64,000 nt of DNA from an uncultured Mycoplasma sp. GTDB lineage: Bacteria > Bacillota_I > Bacilli_A > RF39 > UBA660. The first letter of the stretch is position 1. Each line of letters begins with the position of its first letter. Shown here piece by piece: positions 1 to 10,156 of the stretch. The stretch is taken from contig CAMEXD010000002.1 in the NCBI GenBank assembly GCA_945947035.1, forward strand, positions 31,040 to 95,039, read 5' to 3'. The position numbers were made by a program, and so were the translations under genes. Below the pieces are notes generated by a model that was not told where the DNA came from, did no database searches, and saw only the letters and a list, made by a program, of their open reading frames with translations.

Positions 1-1942
1 ATAAATCAATTTTATGTTTTTCAAATAAATAAAATTTTTCAAGTAATATTTTACATAAATACAGTTTAATAGTATTTATATAATCATTTATATTATAATT
101 ATTATCTGTCATTAAATTAATAATAATAGATAATATTTCTTTAGAACTTAATGTTTTGTTTCCAATTTTTATTTTTATAAGCATAACAGCAAAATCATAT
201 AATTTAGTTGTAATAATAGTTTCATCAAAATCTATTATGTATGGTTTGTTATTATTAAAAATAATATTTGATAAAGATAAATCACCATGATTTAAATATT
301 GCTCATTAAATAAACTTAAAAATTTTACTTTTTCATATTCATTAATAACAAAAATCTCATCTTGTTTTACCAAATCATTCTTATTAACTAAATTAATCAA
401 ATAATCATAATATTTATTACACTTTTCAATAATGTTAGCCTTTTTAGTAGTTTTTCTATCTAAATTTACCAGTTTAATTATAAAATCATCTTCTATTATA
501 CCAAATGTATTATCAATATAATTAAAAATATTATACTTATTATTATTTAATAAGACTATTTTTTTATTTATTGGACGTATAATATTTATATTATTATTCT
601 CATAAATATCATACAATTCATTACAAATATTAAAATTATAATCATATTTATACTTTTTTACTAAAAATTTACCTTTGTTAGTTGATATTATATATATAAT
701 GTTGGCCAAATTTTCTTCTAATCTTACAATACTTTTAATATTATCAATATTTATTACTTTATTTAATGCATCAATTATCTCAACTTCACTATAATTATTT
801 TTATTATAATCTAATATTGCCCTTCTATATACTTTTTTCATTTGCTTACATATGTAATCTTGATTACAATTTTTATGAACTATTTTTATATTATTATAAT
901 TAATATAATTTCTTTTTTCATTAAATAATTGTAAAACCTTAGCAGATAAATCATTTGAATCATTAGACTTAAACACATAATTATTCAAATTTACTAAATT
1001 CGCACTTCCAATATTATCACTACATACAATATGTTTTCCAGTAGCCATTGCTTCTAATATTGTATATGGATAATTATCAAATAAAGACGGAAATATTGCT
1101 ACATAAGCCATATTTAAATATAAGCTTACATCTTTATTGTCAACTTGTCCCACAAATTTAATTCTATTATGATATTTTTTATTTATTATATTTAACATAT
1201 AATCTTTTGTAGAAATGTTTTTTTTATTTCGAGTAGTATCTTTTCCAACTACATATAAATAATTATCACTAATATTTTCCATAATTTTATTTAATGCCTT
1301 GGCAAGAATTAAAACGCCCTTTCTCTCTTCTAAACTACCAACATATATTAAATTTAAATTTTTATTTTCTGAAGATGACGTAAAATCTATTTCATTATAT
1401 GGATTAGGAATAACTATAATATTTTTATTTATTTTATATTGTTTAAGAACCATATCTTTTAATAATTCAGAACATGAAGTTATAACGTCAGCTTTATTAA
1501 GCATCTCATTTTCCCATTTTAACATCAAACTTTTAGAAATACCAAAATAATTATTATTATAATTAAGCCATATTTTTAGTGGTGTATGTAATCTCACTAT
1601 AATTGGAATTTTTCTATATTTTTCAAAATATATAGTATTAGCACCCCAATCTGGTGTTTCAATGATTTCTATTTCGTTATTATCTTGAAGTTTTTTTAAT
1701 AATTTTGCTACCTTTCTTCTATATTGTTTAACTGAACTAATACTATTAACATTGTTAGATGAAGCAATTCTAAAAACATGTACATTATTTTCATAATATT
1801 CAATATTTTTTTTACCTCTAGTTACTACACAAACTTGATCGCCATGATTTGCATAATATTCGGCCATAATTTTTTGATAAGTAGCTATACCTCCAAAATT
1901 TGTTTCATTTGGATATTCTTCGTGAACAAAGCAAATTTTCAT
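1..1942 (-). CDS. GT4-family glycosyltransferase fused to a C-terminal CotS/aminoglycoside-phosphotransferase-like kinase domain; the 3' end runs off the window
   Basis: Absent from the ORF track because no stop codon lies inside the window. My translation from the ATG at 1942 stays open to position 1 (MKICFVHEEYPNETNFGGIATYQKIM...). GT4 signature FPSLFDNYPYTILEAMATGKHIVCS (codon phase checked at 1090). Kinase motif NHGDLSLSNIIFNNNKPYIIDFDE lies further on. Confidence 0.75.
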   Translation of the reverse strand, partial: MKICFVHEEYPNETNFGGIATYQKIMAEYYANHGDQVCVVTRGKKNIEYYENNVHVFRIASSNNVNSISSVKQYRRKVAKLLKKLQDNNEIEIIETPDWGANTIYFEKYRKIPIIVRLHTPLKIWLNYNNNYFGISKSLMLKWENEMLNKADVITSCSELLKDMVLKQYKINKNIIVIPNPYNEIDFTSSSENKNLNLIYVGSLEERKGVLILAKALNKIMENISDNYLYVVGKDTTRNKKNISTKDYMLNIINKKYHNRIKFVGQVDNKDVSLYLNMAYVAIFPSLFDNYPYTILEAMATGKHIVCSDNIGSANLVNLNNYVFKSNDSNDLSAKVLQLFNEKRNYINYNNIKIVHKNCNQDYICKQMKKVYRRAILDYNKNNYSEVEIIDALNKVINIDNIKSIVRLEENLANIIYIISTNKGKFLVKKYKYDYNFNICNELYDIYENNNINIIRPINKKIVLLNNNKYNIFNYIDNTFGIIEDDFIIKLVNLDRKTTKKANIIEKCNKYYDYLINLVNKNDLVKQDEIFVINEYEKVKFLSLFNEQYLNHGDLSLSNIIFNNNKPYIIDFDETIITTKLYDFAVMLIKIKIGNKTLSSKEILSIIINLMTDNNYNINDYINTIKLYLCKILLEKFYLFEKHKIDL

Positions 1943-2056
1943 AAATACACTTTAGTAGTTAATTCTACTTTCCTTTCTTCATAATTTTATTATATATTAA
2001 AAAACTGATTTATAAAACTTTATATAATTTTACAAATTATAATTGTTAACTCATAA

Positions 2057-2092
2057 AAAAGTGACAAAAACAAGTGTTTTTTTGTCACTTTT
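2057..2092. terminator. Rho-independent terminator hairpin, usable on either strand
   Basis: AAAAGTGACAAAAA / TTTTTGTCACTTTT 14-bp stem with A/T runs on both sides. It lies between the small ORF at 2241-2324 and the glycosyltransferase start. Confidence 0.7.
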
Positions 2093-2240
2093 ATACTATA
2101 AAAAATTTATTATAATTTGTTATATAAACGTTTTTCAAAAGATACTTATTTATATAATTTAAAAATTTTTTAAAATAAATATTAATCTCAAATATCTGAT
2201 TATTCATAACAAACAATGTCCTCTCAAATAAATTTAAATA

Positions 2241-2324
2241 TTATTTTATCAAATCACCATAATTTGTCAATAATAAAATGATAATTAATATTAGAAAACC
2301 GATTAGCAAATCTTTTTTCTTCAT
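2241..2324 (-). CDS. Possible 27-aa hydrophobic peptide MKKKDLLIGFLILIIILLLTNYGDLIK
   Basis: GGGAGG SD 9 nt upstream of the ATG. One predicted TM helix. The terminator at 2057-2092 lies downstream. It is below the ORF-track size cut-off. Confidence 0.35.
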   Translation of the reverse strand: MKKKDLLIGFLILIIILLLTNYGDLIK

Positions 2325-2444
2325 AATATCAAGCCTCCCTTCTTTAGAAGTTTGGCAAGTACTCAACAGTTAGTATTTCCTAGAGACCAATATACTACAT
2401 ATATATTTTTAATACAAGTAAATAAGTAACTTTTTATTTAATTA

Positions 2445-3224
2445 TCATATTTCCCTATAATATCCTAATTTTTTTCTTGTTTTTTCAAAAGAAACAAGAT
2501 TATTCTTTTCATTTTTAACATACGTATTAAAGTTTTGTTCTATAGATTCCAATTTTTCTTTAACAGAATCTAATAAAATCACATTACATTTAACATAATC
2601 TGCTAAAACAAAATCATATTTTTCAATAATATAAATTAAAAAATTATTAACTCCATAACTTTTAAACTCTTCATAATCATTAAAATATTCATGAACTAAA
2701 TCCTCTAAAAAATTAATTTTAAAAAATATTTCATTAATGAATTTCTTAGCAAAAAAATCCATAAGTACATAATTATCTTTATATTTAAATTTAATAAAAA
2801 TAAAGCTATAATCTACAATATCATTATCTTCTTTATAATTATTTATAAAATTCATTTCAATTTTATAAAAGGCTTCTCCCATTCTTTTAAAATAATAACT
2901 AAGAAAACTTCTTTCTTCATTTTTTAATAATTCATATGCTTTTACTAATACTTCTTTATAATTAATATCAATTATTCTATTATTTTGTAAGCAAAGATAA
3001 CTTACTGCTCCAACAAATAATTTATCATCAGAAAATTTATCTATTAAAAAGTTTACAAATTCATAGTTATTTTTGACTCTAGAACTACATAAATGATAAT
3101 AATTTTTATCATTTGTTATATCTATTACTTTCATCATAAATTTATAATCATCTTGTAATTGTTCTTTTATATCTATATCTATTTCATTATTTTTTATATA
3201 GTTAAATAAATATTCATCATTCAT
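2445..3224 (-). CDS. Hypothetical protein (259 aa)
   Basis: Long ORF co-oriented with the upstream two-component genes. I recognise no motif. Confidence 0.55.
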   Translation of the reverse strand: MNDEYLFNYIKNNEIDIDIKEQLQDDYKFMMKVIDITNDKNYYHLCSSRVKNNYEFVNFLIDKFSDDKLFVGAVSYLCLQNNRIIDINYKEVLVKAYELLKNEERSFLSYYFKRMGEAFYKIEMNFINNYKEDNDIVDYSFIFIKFKYKDNYVLMDFFAKKFINEIFFKINFLEDLVHEYFNDYEEFKSYGVNNFLIYIIEKYDFVLADYVKCNVILLDSVKEKLESIEQNFNTYVKNEKNNLVSFEKTRKKLGYYREI

Positions 3225-3261
3225 AAAACTTCACCATATTTTGATATTATACATTAAATTG

Positions 3262-4452
3262 TTAATTTGTCAAAGTGATTTTAAAGGTTGTCAAAGAATC
3301 TTTTGATGACGCTGTTATTTTACCACCATGATTTACTATAATACTTTTTGCAATAGCAAGTCCTAAACCATATCTATTATCGTTTCTATTTCTTGATTTA
3401 TCACCACGATAAAATCTTTCAAAAATCTTTTCTTCCTCACCTTTTTTTATCTCTTCTCCTTTATTTGTTACTTTTAAAGTAATATTATCTTTTACACTTT
3501 TTAAAGATACTTTTATAGAGCAATTTTTATAACTATGTTTTATAGCATTATCTAAAAGAATTGATAAAACTTCACTTATTTCCTTTTCGTTACAATTAAA
3601 CATTATATTATCTTGAACTACTGATTCTATCTTTAAATTATTTTCATAAGCCAATGATTCAAAAGTTAAAATAGTTTTATTAACTAGTTTTGATAAGTTA
3701 ATATTAGAAAATGATTCTTTATCAACTTCACTTTCTACTTTTGATAAATCTAATAAATCACAAACTAAACTATTCATTTTTTCTGTTTCTTGCTTAATAT
3801 TATCAAGATATTTAGTTTCATCTTTATTATTTTCTAAAGCATCAGCACTTGCCATAATAACCGCAAGTGGAGTTTTCAATTCATGTGAAGCATCAGCAAT
3901 AAAATTTTTCTGTTTTTCAAAACTTTCTATTACAGGTTTTGTTATCCAATTAGTTATTACTTTTGATAAATAAATAATTAAAACTTCAAGCAAAGCAAAT
4001 AAAATTAAAGAAAATTTTAAACATAATAATAAATATTTCTGTCCATTATAATTATCAATAATTGTCAAAAAAGAACCATTTTTTAAAATGTAAAAATACC
4101 TATTAAAATATAAATTATCACTTTTTAATCTATTATTTAAGATACTACTGGTAACATCAACTAAATTATTAGTATCTTCACTACCATCATAATTATGACT
4201 TATAATTTTTTTTATATTATTATTTTTATCAAGAATTATTGTGTAAACTTTATAATTAATAAAAATATTTTTATCTAAGGAAGTAATATTTTCTTCATTT
4301 GTGATTATATTTTTTATTTGATTTAAACTACTTTTTATGTTTTCTTTTTGATTATTATAAAGTTGACTATTATATATTACTAATAATATTAAAAGAAATA
4401 TAGTAAATATTGAAAGAATAGTATAGAAAACCTTATTAGTTAATTTTTTCAT
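3262..4452 (-). CDS. Sensor histidine kinase
   Basis: Two TM segments. H-box ADASHELKTPLAV, N-box LLDNAIKHS, G-box RYGLGLAIAKSIIVNHGG. Confidence 0.9.
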   Translation of the reverse strand: MKKLTNKVFYTILSIFTIFLLILLVIYNSQLYNNQKENIKSSLNQIKNIITNEENITSLDKNIFINYKVYTIILDKNNNIKKIISHNYDGSEDTNNLVDVTSSILNNRLKSDNLYFNRYFYILKNGSFLTIIDNYNGQKYLLLCLKFSLILFALLEVLIIYLSKVITNWITKPVIESFEKQKNFIADASHELKTPLAVIMASADALENNKDETKYLDNIKQETEKMNSLVCDLLDLSKVESEVDKESFSNINLSKLVNKTILTFESLAYENNLKIESVVQDNIMFNCNEKEISEVLSILLDNAIKHSYKNCSIKVSLKSVKDNITLKVTNKGEEIKKGEEEKIFERFYRGDKSRNRNDNRYGLGLAIAKSIIVNHGGKITASSKDSLTTFKITLTN

Positions 4453-4455
4453 AAT

Positions 4456-5130
4456 CTATACCTCCAACTTATAACCTAATCCTCTAACTGATTTTATATT
4501 AACTTTTGATCCAATTATTTTTATTTTTTTTCTAATAAATGAAAGATAAGCTTCAAGATTATTAGATTCTATTTCATTATCAATTCCCCATACTTTATCA
4601 TAAATTTGTTCCTTTGATATTATTTGATTTTTGTTATTCATTAAATATTCAAGAAGCAAAAATTCTTTACAAACTATATCAATAGATTCATTAGTTGTAG
4701 TACATAAAAGATTGGATTTTTTTATATTAAGTTTTAAATCCCCTGCTTCAATATAATCTTTAATTCCTTTTTCGTCATTTCTAAGCAAATTATTAACTCT
4801 AGCTGTTAATTCTTCTATATGAAATGGTTTTGTTACATAGTCATTTGCACCACTTTTTAAACCATTTAATTTATCTTCAATCATAGATTTTGCTGTTAAC
4901 ATGATAACCTTTGATGTTACTTCATTTTCTTTTATCTTTTTTAAAATAGTAAAACCATCCATACTAGGAAGCATTACATCTAGTATAATTAAATCATAAA
5001 CATTTGATAAAGCATTATATAAACCTTCTTCACCATCGCAAATTGTATCAACAATGTATTTTTCTTTTTCAAGTCTTTCTTTTACTAAATCTGCTAAAGA
5101 CATTTCATCTTCAATAATTAAAATGCGCAC
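4456..5130 (-). CDS. OmpR-family response regulator
   Basis: Receiver domain MRILIIEDE...LIILDVMLPSMDG...LTAK. Winged-helix C-terminus VRGLGYKLEV. It sits 3 nt upstream of the kinase. Confidence 0.9.
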   Translation of the reverse strand: MRILIIEDEMSLADLVKERLEKEKYIVDTICDGEEGLYNALSNVYDLIILDVMLPSMDGFTILKKIKENEVTSKVIMLTAKSMIEDKLNGLKSGANDYVTKPFHIEELTARVNNLLRNDEKGIKDYIEAGDLKLNIKKSNLLCTTTNESIDIVCKEFLLLEYLMNNKNQIISKEQIYDKVWGIDNEIESNNLEAYLSFIRKKIKIIGSKVNIKSVRGLGYKLEV

Positions 5131-5195
5131 TATACATCACCTTCTTTAAATATTATACACTAAAATATTAAAGAAATATTAAAAAAAATACTTCA

Positions 5196-6434
5196 TTAGA
5201 TAATGAAATACTTTTTTACAAATACAAATGCTCCAGTTAAAACTACTAAAACACATAAAACAATAGTTGTTATAGTCATACTTTTTTTAGTTTCTTCTTT
5301 AAATACCAAATCTTCTTTCATTGTAGTTTTTATAACTTCATATCTATCATCATTAAAATCTATTTGATACCCTGACTTTAAATAAATAGAAGGATCACTT
5401 GAATATCTACCACCACTTATAAATTTATCGTGAGTTGTTTTAAAACTAGATGAAAGATTAAAAACATCTTTTGAAGCACTTGATAAAAAGTTTCCTCCAG
5501 TTATATCAATGTTTGTTACTTTAGTATTAGTTGTATTTGCTAAATATTCATAAATAACATTACTATTTTGACTTCTTAAACTACCGCCATTTATTGTTAT
5601 ATCAATATCACCTGCATAACTACTATTAGATTCTATTTGAAGTGATGCTCCAGATGGATTAACACCATTACCATATCCTTCAGTTGGAGTATTATCAACA
5701 CCAGTACAATAAAGTGTTCCATCATTTATTATTAAAGTACCAGATTTTATTGCTATAGCAGAATCAATTCCTTCAATATAAGCACCATCTATAACAACTT
5801 TTGAATATCCTGCCATATATATTCCTGAACCTAAAGAAGTTATTTTAGAATTTTTGTTAATATTTACTACAGGATAATTAGTTTTATTTTTAACATTACC
5901 ATTTATATAAACTCCAAAACCTTTTCCTCCTGCAACATCTAAAACAGAATTTATCGATCCATCTATAGTTACATTAACACCATATGAAAGTTTTTCATTT
6001 TGATCAATAAAAATACCAGACCAACCTTCTAAAAAGACATCAGATCCTATATTTACATTACTATAATTAGTATCAGAAGGATTAGTTGAACCTTTAATAA
6101 CTATTGGAGCATAATAAGGATTAATCTCTTTTACTGTACCTTTACCTTTTAAAGTAAGGGAACCATTTTGAACTTTAAAAACAATAGATTCTCCTAAAAT
6201 ATTATGACCATTTAAATCAATTGTAATTGGTTTATTAATATTTTGTGTATCTTTTAAAGTAATACTTGATGTTAATACAATAACATCATTAGATCCTGCA
6301 GCATCAATTGCATCACTTAATAAATCATAGTAATTATTACCAATTCTTGCTACAATGCCATCACTTGCAAAAACATTTTTTGGTACTAATAATAAAACAA
6401 ACAAAATAAAAAATTTAATGAGTTTATTTTTCAT
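5196..6434 (-). CDS. Secreted, C-terminally membrane-anchored protein, probably a beta-helix repeat fold
   Basis: Signal peptide MKNKLIKFFILFVLLLVPKNVFA. G/N/S/T/I-rich repetitive strands. C-terminal TM ITTIVLCVLVVLTGAFVFV followed by KKYF. Confidence 0.6.
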   Translation of the reverse strand: MKNKLIKFFILFVLLLVPKNVFASDGIVARIGNNYYDLLSDAIDAAGSNDVIVLTSSITLKDTQNINKPITIDLNGHNILGESIVFKVQNGSLTLKGKGTVKEINPYYAPIVIKGSTNPSDTNYSNVNIGSDVFLEGWSGIFIDQNEKLSYGVNVTIDGSINSVLDVAGGKGFGVYINGNVKNKTNYPVVNINKNSKITSLGSGIYMAGYSKVVIDGAYIEGIDSAIAIKSGTLIINDGTLYCTGVDNTPTEGYGNGVNPSGASLQIESNSSYAGDIDITINGGSLRSQNSNVIYEYLANTTNTKVTNIDITGGNFLSSASKDVFNLSSSFKTTHDKFISGGRYSSDPSIYLKSGYQIDFNDDRYEVIKTTMKEDLVFKEETKKSMTITTIVLCVLVVLTGAFVFVKKYFII

Positions 6435-6469
6435 AGAATTTTCTCCTTGATAAAATAATATTCACTAAA

Positions 6470-7063
6470 TCATTTTTTAGAATTTAAAGAAGTTTTTTTA
6501 CTCAATATCTTATTGATTAAATAACTATTAATAATTATAACAATAAACGAATAGATTCCTTTTACAAAACCAAAGTAATAAATCCCAAAACACAAAATTA
6601 TAAAGTTAATAATAAAATTAGTTTTATATATCTTTATTTTAAAATACTTTTTTAAAATAACAGATAAAATATTTATTCCACCTTGAGAAAAACCTAATCT
6701 ATAAATATAACCACAAGTAACACCACAAATTATACTTGATATTATAACAAAAATTATTTCATAGTTATTAATATTAAAATTAATAAAACTAGTTAGTCTA
6801 ACAAGAAGTGGATAAACAAATGTAGCCACAACCGTTCCAAGTGTTGTTTCTTTAGATAAAAGAAAATAACTTAAGATAAGCATTATTATATTTATAATTA
6901 ATATTATAAAAGATGGTCTTAGATCAAAAATATGACTTAATAGTATAGCAAGACCTTGATTACCTCCAGTTGTTAAATTAAGTGGTTTTAAAATTATATT
7001 AAAGTTTAAAGCTGCGATAAAAAGCAAAAATAAAAGAAGTAAATATTTTTTTGGTTTTTCCAT
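6470..7063 (-). CDS. YitT-family (DUF161) membrane protein
   Basis: Polytopic membrane protein with the N-terminal motif LNLTTGGNQGLAILLSHIF, typical of YitT-like proteins. Confidence 0.6.
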   Translation of the reverse strand: MEKPKKYLLLLFLLFIAALNFNIILKPLNLTTGGNQGLAILLSHIFDLRPSFIILIINIIMLILSYFLLSKETTLGTVVATFVYPLLVRLTSFINFNINNYEIIFVIISSIICGVTCGYIYRLGFSQGGINILSVILKKYFKIKIYKTNFIINFIILCFGIYYFGFVKGIYSFIVIIINSYLINKILSKKTSLNSKK

Positions 7064-7124
7064 TATTAATCTCCTTTTATTATTATTAGAAAAAAAGTAA
7101 TATATTAAACATAAAAATTATTTT

Positions 7125-8288
7125 TTAATAATTTAATAAATATTTTAAATTATTTACTTCTTTATATAAATTATCATTTCCTTCTTTTATTAAAAATTCA
7201 TATCTAAAAATACTAAAACCACTATATTTAGAAACATTTCTACTTTCTATAATTTGATTTGTTATAATATCTGAATTAATAGTCCATTCTTTATTACCAC
7301 TACCTGCATATTTATCAACATTACCTGATTTATAAAGTGCTAAAGCAACAATTAGTTTAGTATCGTTATTTAAAATTAAATCATTCCAAACTTTTAAAGT
7401 TTTTATAAAAGGTAGTGTTTGATTATCAAAACCATAATATAGTTGAGGCATAACATAATCTAAATAATTATTATTTTTTAAAATAAAAGAAATATCTAAG
7501 TATTCATTATTTAAATTATTATTTATATTTCCCGCTGGTGATATTGAAAATTTAACATCTTTTTTTATACTTTTTATTGTTTCATAAGTCTTTTTTATTA
7601 GATTACTAATTATATTAATACGATATTCATCAATTGAAAGGTTTGTACCACTTTTTTTATATTCTTCTAAATCAATAGTTTTCGAAGGATAAAAATAATC
7701 ATCATATAAAATCCCATCTACATCATAATTAGAAACTATTTCTGATACACCATTTAAAATAAGATTTAAAACATCTTCTGATGCAGGATTTAGATATATT
7801 CCATCTTTTATTTCTATATTTCTAGTATTTAACCATGAATAAATAATACTATCTTTTGATATATCACTATAATCATTTGTATTTCTTACTCTATATGGAT
7901 TAATCCATGCATGTAATTCTATTTTATTTTCATGTGCTTTTTTAATAAAATAATCTAAAATATCAAGATCCAAATTATCACCTTCATGCTTTACTACAAC
8001 TTTAGAACTTGCAAAAATATTTGATTTATATATAGCATCACTAAATGGTCTAACTTGTAAAATAATAGCATTTAAGTTAAAACTTTTAATTACGTTTATC
8101 ATTTTTTCTATTATGTCTTTTTTTTCATTTATACTTTTTCCATTTAAAATAGAATAATCAATATATGATATAAAAACCGCTCTAATTTCATTATCTTCTT
8201 TTACTACTTCTTCTTTTTTATCTAAAATACAATAAATAAATGATGATGTAAAAACTACTATAACTAAAAAAATAATTAATTTTTTCAT
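7125..8288 (-). CDS. Glycosyl-hydrolase-like family 10 (YngK/YddW-like) exported protein
   Basis: N-terminal anchor. Motifs IRAVFISY, NAIILQVRPFSDAIY and ELHAWINPYRV resemble the GHL10/DUF187 family. Confidence 0.55.
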   Translation of the reverse strand: MKKLIIFLVIVVFTSSFIYCILDKKEEVVKEDNEIRAVFISYIDYSILNGKSINEKKDIIEKMINVIKSFNLNAIILQVRPFSDAIYKSNIFASSKVVVKHEGDNLDLDILDYFIKKAHENKIELHAWINPYRVRNTNDYSDISKDSIIYSWLNTRNIEIKDGIYLNPASEDVLNLILNGVSEIVSNYDVDGILYDDYFYPSKTIDLEEYKKSGTNLSIDEYRINIISNLIKKTYETIKSIKKDVKFSISPAGNINNNLNNEYLDISFILKNNNYLDYVMPQLYYGFDNQTLPFIKTLKVWNDLILNNDTKLIVALALYKSGNVDKYAGSGNKEWTINSDIITNQIIESRNVSKYSGFSIFRYEFLIKEGNDNLYKEVNNLKYLLNY

Positions 8289-9073
8289 ATACTTTCTCCA
8301 AAATGTTTTTTTAAATACTCTTTTTCTGTAACATAATTTTCATTTAATTTTATAACATGTTTTCTATCTCGATACATTTTTTTATAGTCTTTTATTACTT
8401 TATGTTTTTTAAAATTATAGTTATTTAAATATCTTTCTAATAAAAATTTATTATATATAAAATTTTGATTCTTTAAATATCTTGTTATTTCTACAAGTAA
8501 TAAAATAATCATTAATAAAAGATTATAATTTTTGTTAAATATTAAAATTATAATACTAAGTATGTATGATATTATAATAACTAGTTTATTACCGGATTTA
8601 TAGTTAAAAAAATAATTACAAACAAGATTAAAGATTTTTCCTCCATCTAAAGGATAAATTGGAAGTAAATTAAATAATAAAAGTGTATAGTTATAACTTT
8701 TTATAGCTAAGTAATCTTGATAAAATATTAATCCTTTATTAAAAAGAAAAGTTAAAAATAAAAAACCAATCATTTGAAATAAAGGACCACAAATTAATAT
8801 TAAAAATTCTTGATAAATTGGTTTATTTAAAGATTCACTAAACTTAACACATCCACCATAGGGATATATTTTTATTTTATCTATATTCCATTTAAATAAT
8901 TTTGCCATTAAAAAATGTCCTAATTCATGAATTATGATAAGAAAAAATATAATCATAAATTGTTTAAATAATCCAGTTAAAGTAACTATAATACATAAAA
9001 GTAAAAAAGTTTTATCAAAGTAAAATATTTTAGAAATATGTTTTATAATCAACAAAATTACCTTCTTTTTCAA
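8285..9073 (-). CDS. M50 site-2 metalloprotease (SpoIVFB-like)
   Basis: HELGH zinc motif inside a TM helix (IIIHELGHFLMAKLF). Second motif LLPIYPLDGGKI. Confidence 0.8.
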   Translation of the reverse strand: MKKKVILLIIKHISKIFYFDKTFLLLCIIVTLTGLFKQFMIIFFLIIIHELGHFLMAKLFKWNIDKIKIYPYGGCVKFSESLNKPIYQEFLILICGPLFQMIGFLFLTFLFNKGLIFYQDYLAIKSYNYTLLLFNLLPIYPLDGGKIFNLVCNYFFNYKSGNKLVIIISYILSIIILIFNKNYNLLLMIILLLVEITRYLKNQNFIYNKFLLERYLNNYNFKKHKVIKDYKKMYRDRKHVIKLNENYVTEKEYLKKHFGESI

Positions 9074-9647
9074 AAGCTAAATATAATGTAGTTCCATTTG
9101 TCATACCAAGAATTTCATTTTCTTTTACATAATCATATAAATTAACATTAGAACTTGTTATGTTACCATACCAAATATTTACCCCATTTTCTGTTTGAAT
9201 TACAATTGTATTTTTAAAATCTTCTTTTTCTCCAATAAAAATTACAATACCACTTGATAAAGTTGGAACCAAATAATTTTCATCTACTTCTAAAGCAATT
9301 CCATCTTTATATATACTTAAACTACTATATTTTAAACTATCATTAAATACAGCTGTTGTTTTACTATCTAAAACATTTTGAAAAGGTAAAATATCCCCAA
9401 AATGACTTTTAAAAAATTCATTAATTGTAGCGAATGAAAAATTGTCTTCATAAATAAATTTATAAATAGTCTTGCTATTATTTTTGTCATACTTTAATAC
9501 AATTAATCCTACAATTATAAGACAAATACACACTAAAACTTTTGAAAATAATTTTTTAATGAAACCACTAATATTATAATTTGTTTTTTTTCTATTTTTT
9601 TCTAAATACTTTGTTACTGATTTATATTCATTATTCATATTTTTCAC
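9030..9647 (-). CDS. Membrane-anchored LytM/M23-like domain protein (SpoIVFA-like position)
   Basis: Single N-terminal TM. The C-terminal segment GIVIFIGEKEDFKNTIVIQTENGVNIWYGNI resembles a degenerate M23 fold. Its position before the M50 protease mirrors spoIVFA-spoIVFB. Confidence 0.5.
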   Translation of the reverse strand: MKNMNNEYKSVTKYLEKNRKKTNYNISGFIKKLFSKVLVCICLIIVGLIVLKYDKNNSKTIYKFIYEDNFSFATINEFFKSHFGDILPFQNVLDSKTTAVFNDSLKYSSLSIYKDGIALEVDENYLVPTLSSGIVIFIGEKEDFKNTIVIQTENGVNIWYGNITSSNVNLYDYVKENEILGMTNGTTLYLAFEKEGNFVDYKTYF

Positions 9648-9670
9648 CCACTAAATAATATGTTATAGTT

Positions 9671-10156
9671 TTATATCTTTTTCCTTAAATAATCCGACTT
9701 ATTATTACAAAATAAATAATAAGATATAGTATTAAATATGATATTTAATAAAATACTATTTATAAAGTAATTCATAAAGTAATAAGGAGTATAATTATTA
9801 TTTAAATAGATAATAGATATTAAAAACATAATAAATGTATAAATAAAAATAATAAATATAGTAAGAAATAATACACTAAAAACATTTATTTTAAATAATT
9901 TAAAATAAATAATAACTATAAATGCTAAAAGAAGAAAAATAAAGATATGGTATGGCATATTATAATAAAGTATATCGTAAATAAATCCTATTATTAATGA
10001 TAATATTAGATACTTTTCATTATCTTTTAAAATGATATTTATTATTATTAAAGATGATACTACTAAATGTGGTACAAAAAAATTTAAATTATTGATATTA
10101 GTAAGTATATTATCTAGAAAAAATGTTACTATTACATATATGATAAGTTTAATCAT
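9671..10156 (-). CDS. mreD: Rod-shape protein MreD
   Basis: Small polytopic membrane protein that overlaps the mreC stop. Confidence 0.6.
   Translation of the reverse strand: MIKLIIYVIVTFFLDNILTNINNLNFFVPHLVVSSLIIINIILKDNEKYLILSLIIGFIYDILYYNMPYHIFIFLLLAFIVIIYFKLFKINVFSVLFLTIFIIFIYTFIMFLISIIYLNNNYTPYYFMNYFINSILLNIIFNTISYYLFCNNKSDYLRKKI

Noticed and set aside
1299-1984. Plus-strand ORFs 1299-1550 and 1778-1984
   Set aside because: Both lie antisense to the continuous minus-strand glycosyltransferase-kinase reading frame, which carries recognisable GT4 and kinase motifs. They have no SD and nonsense-like composition.
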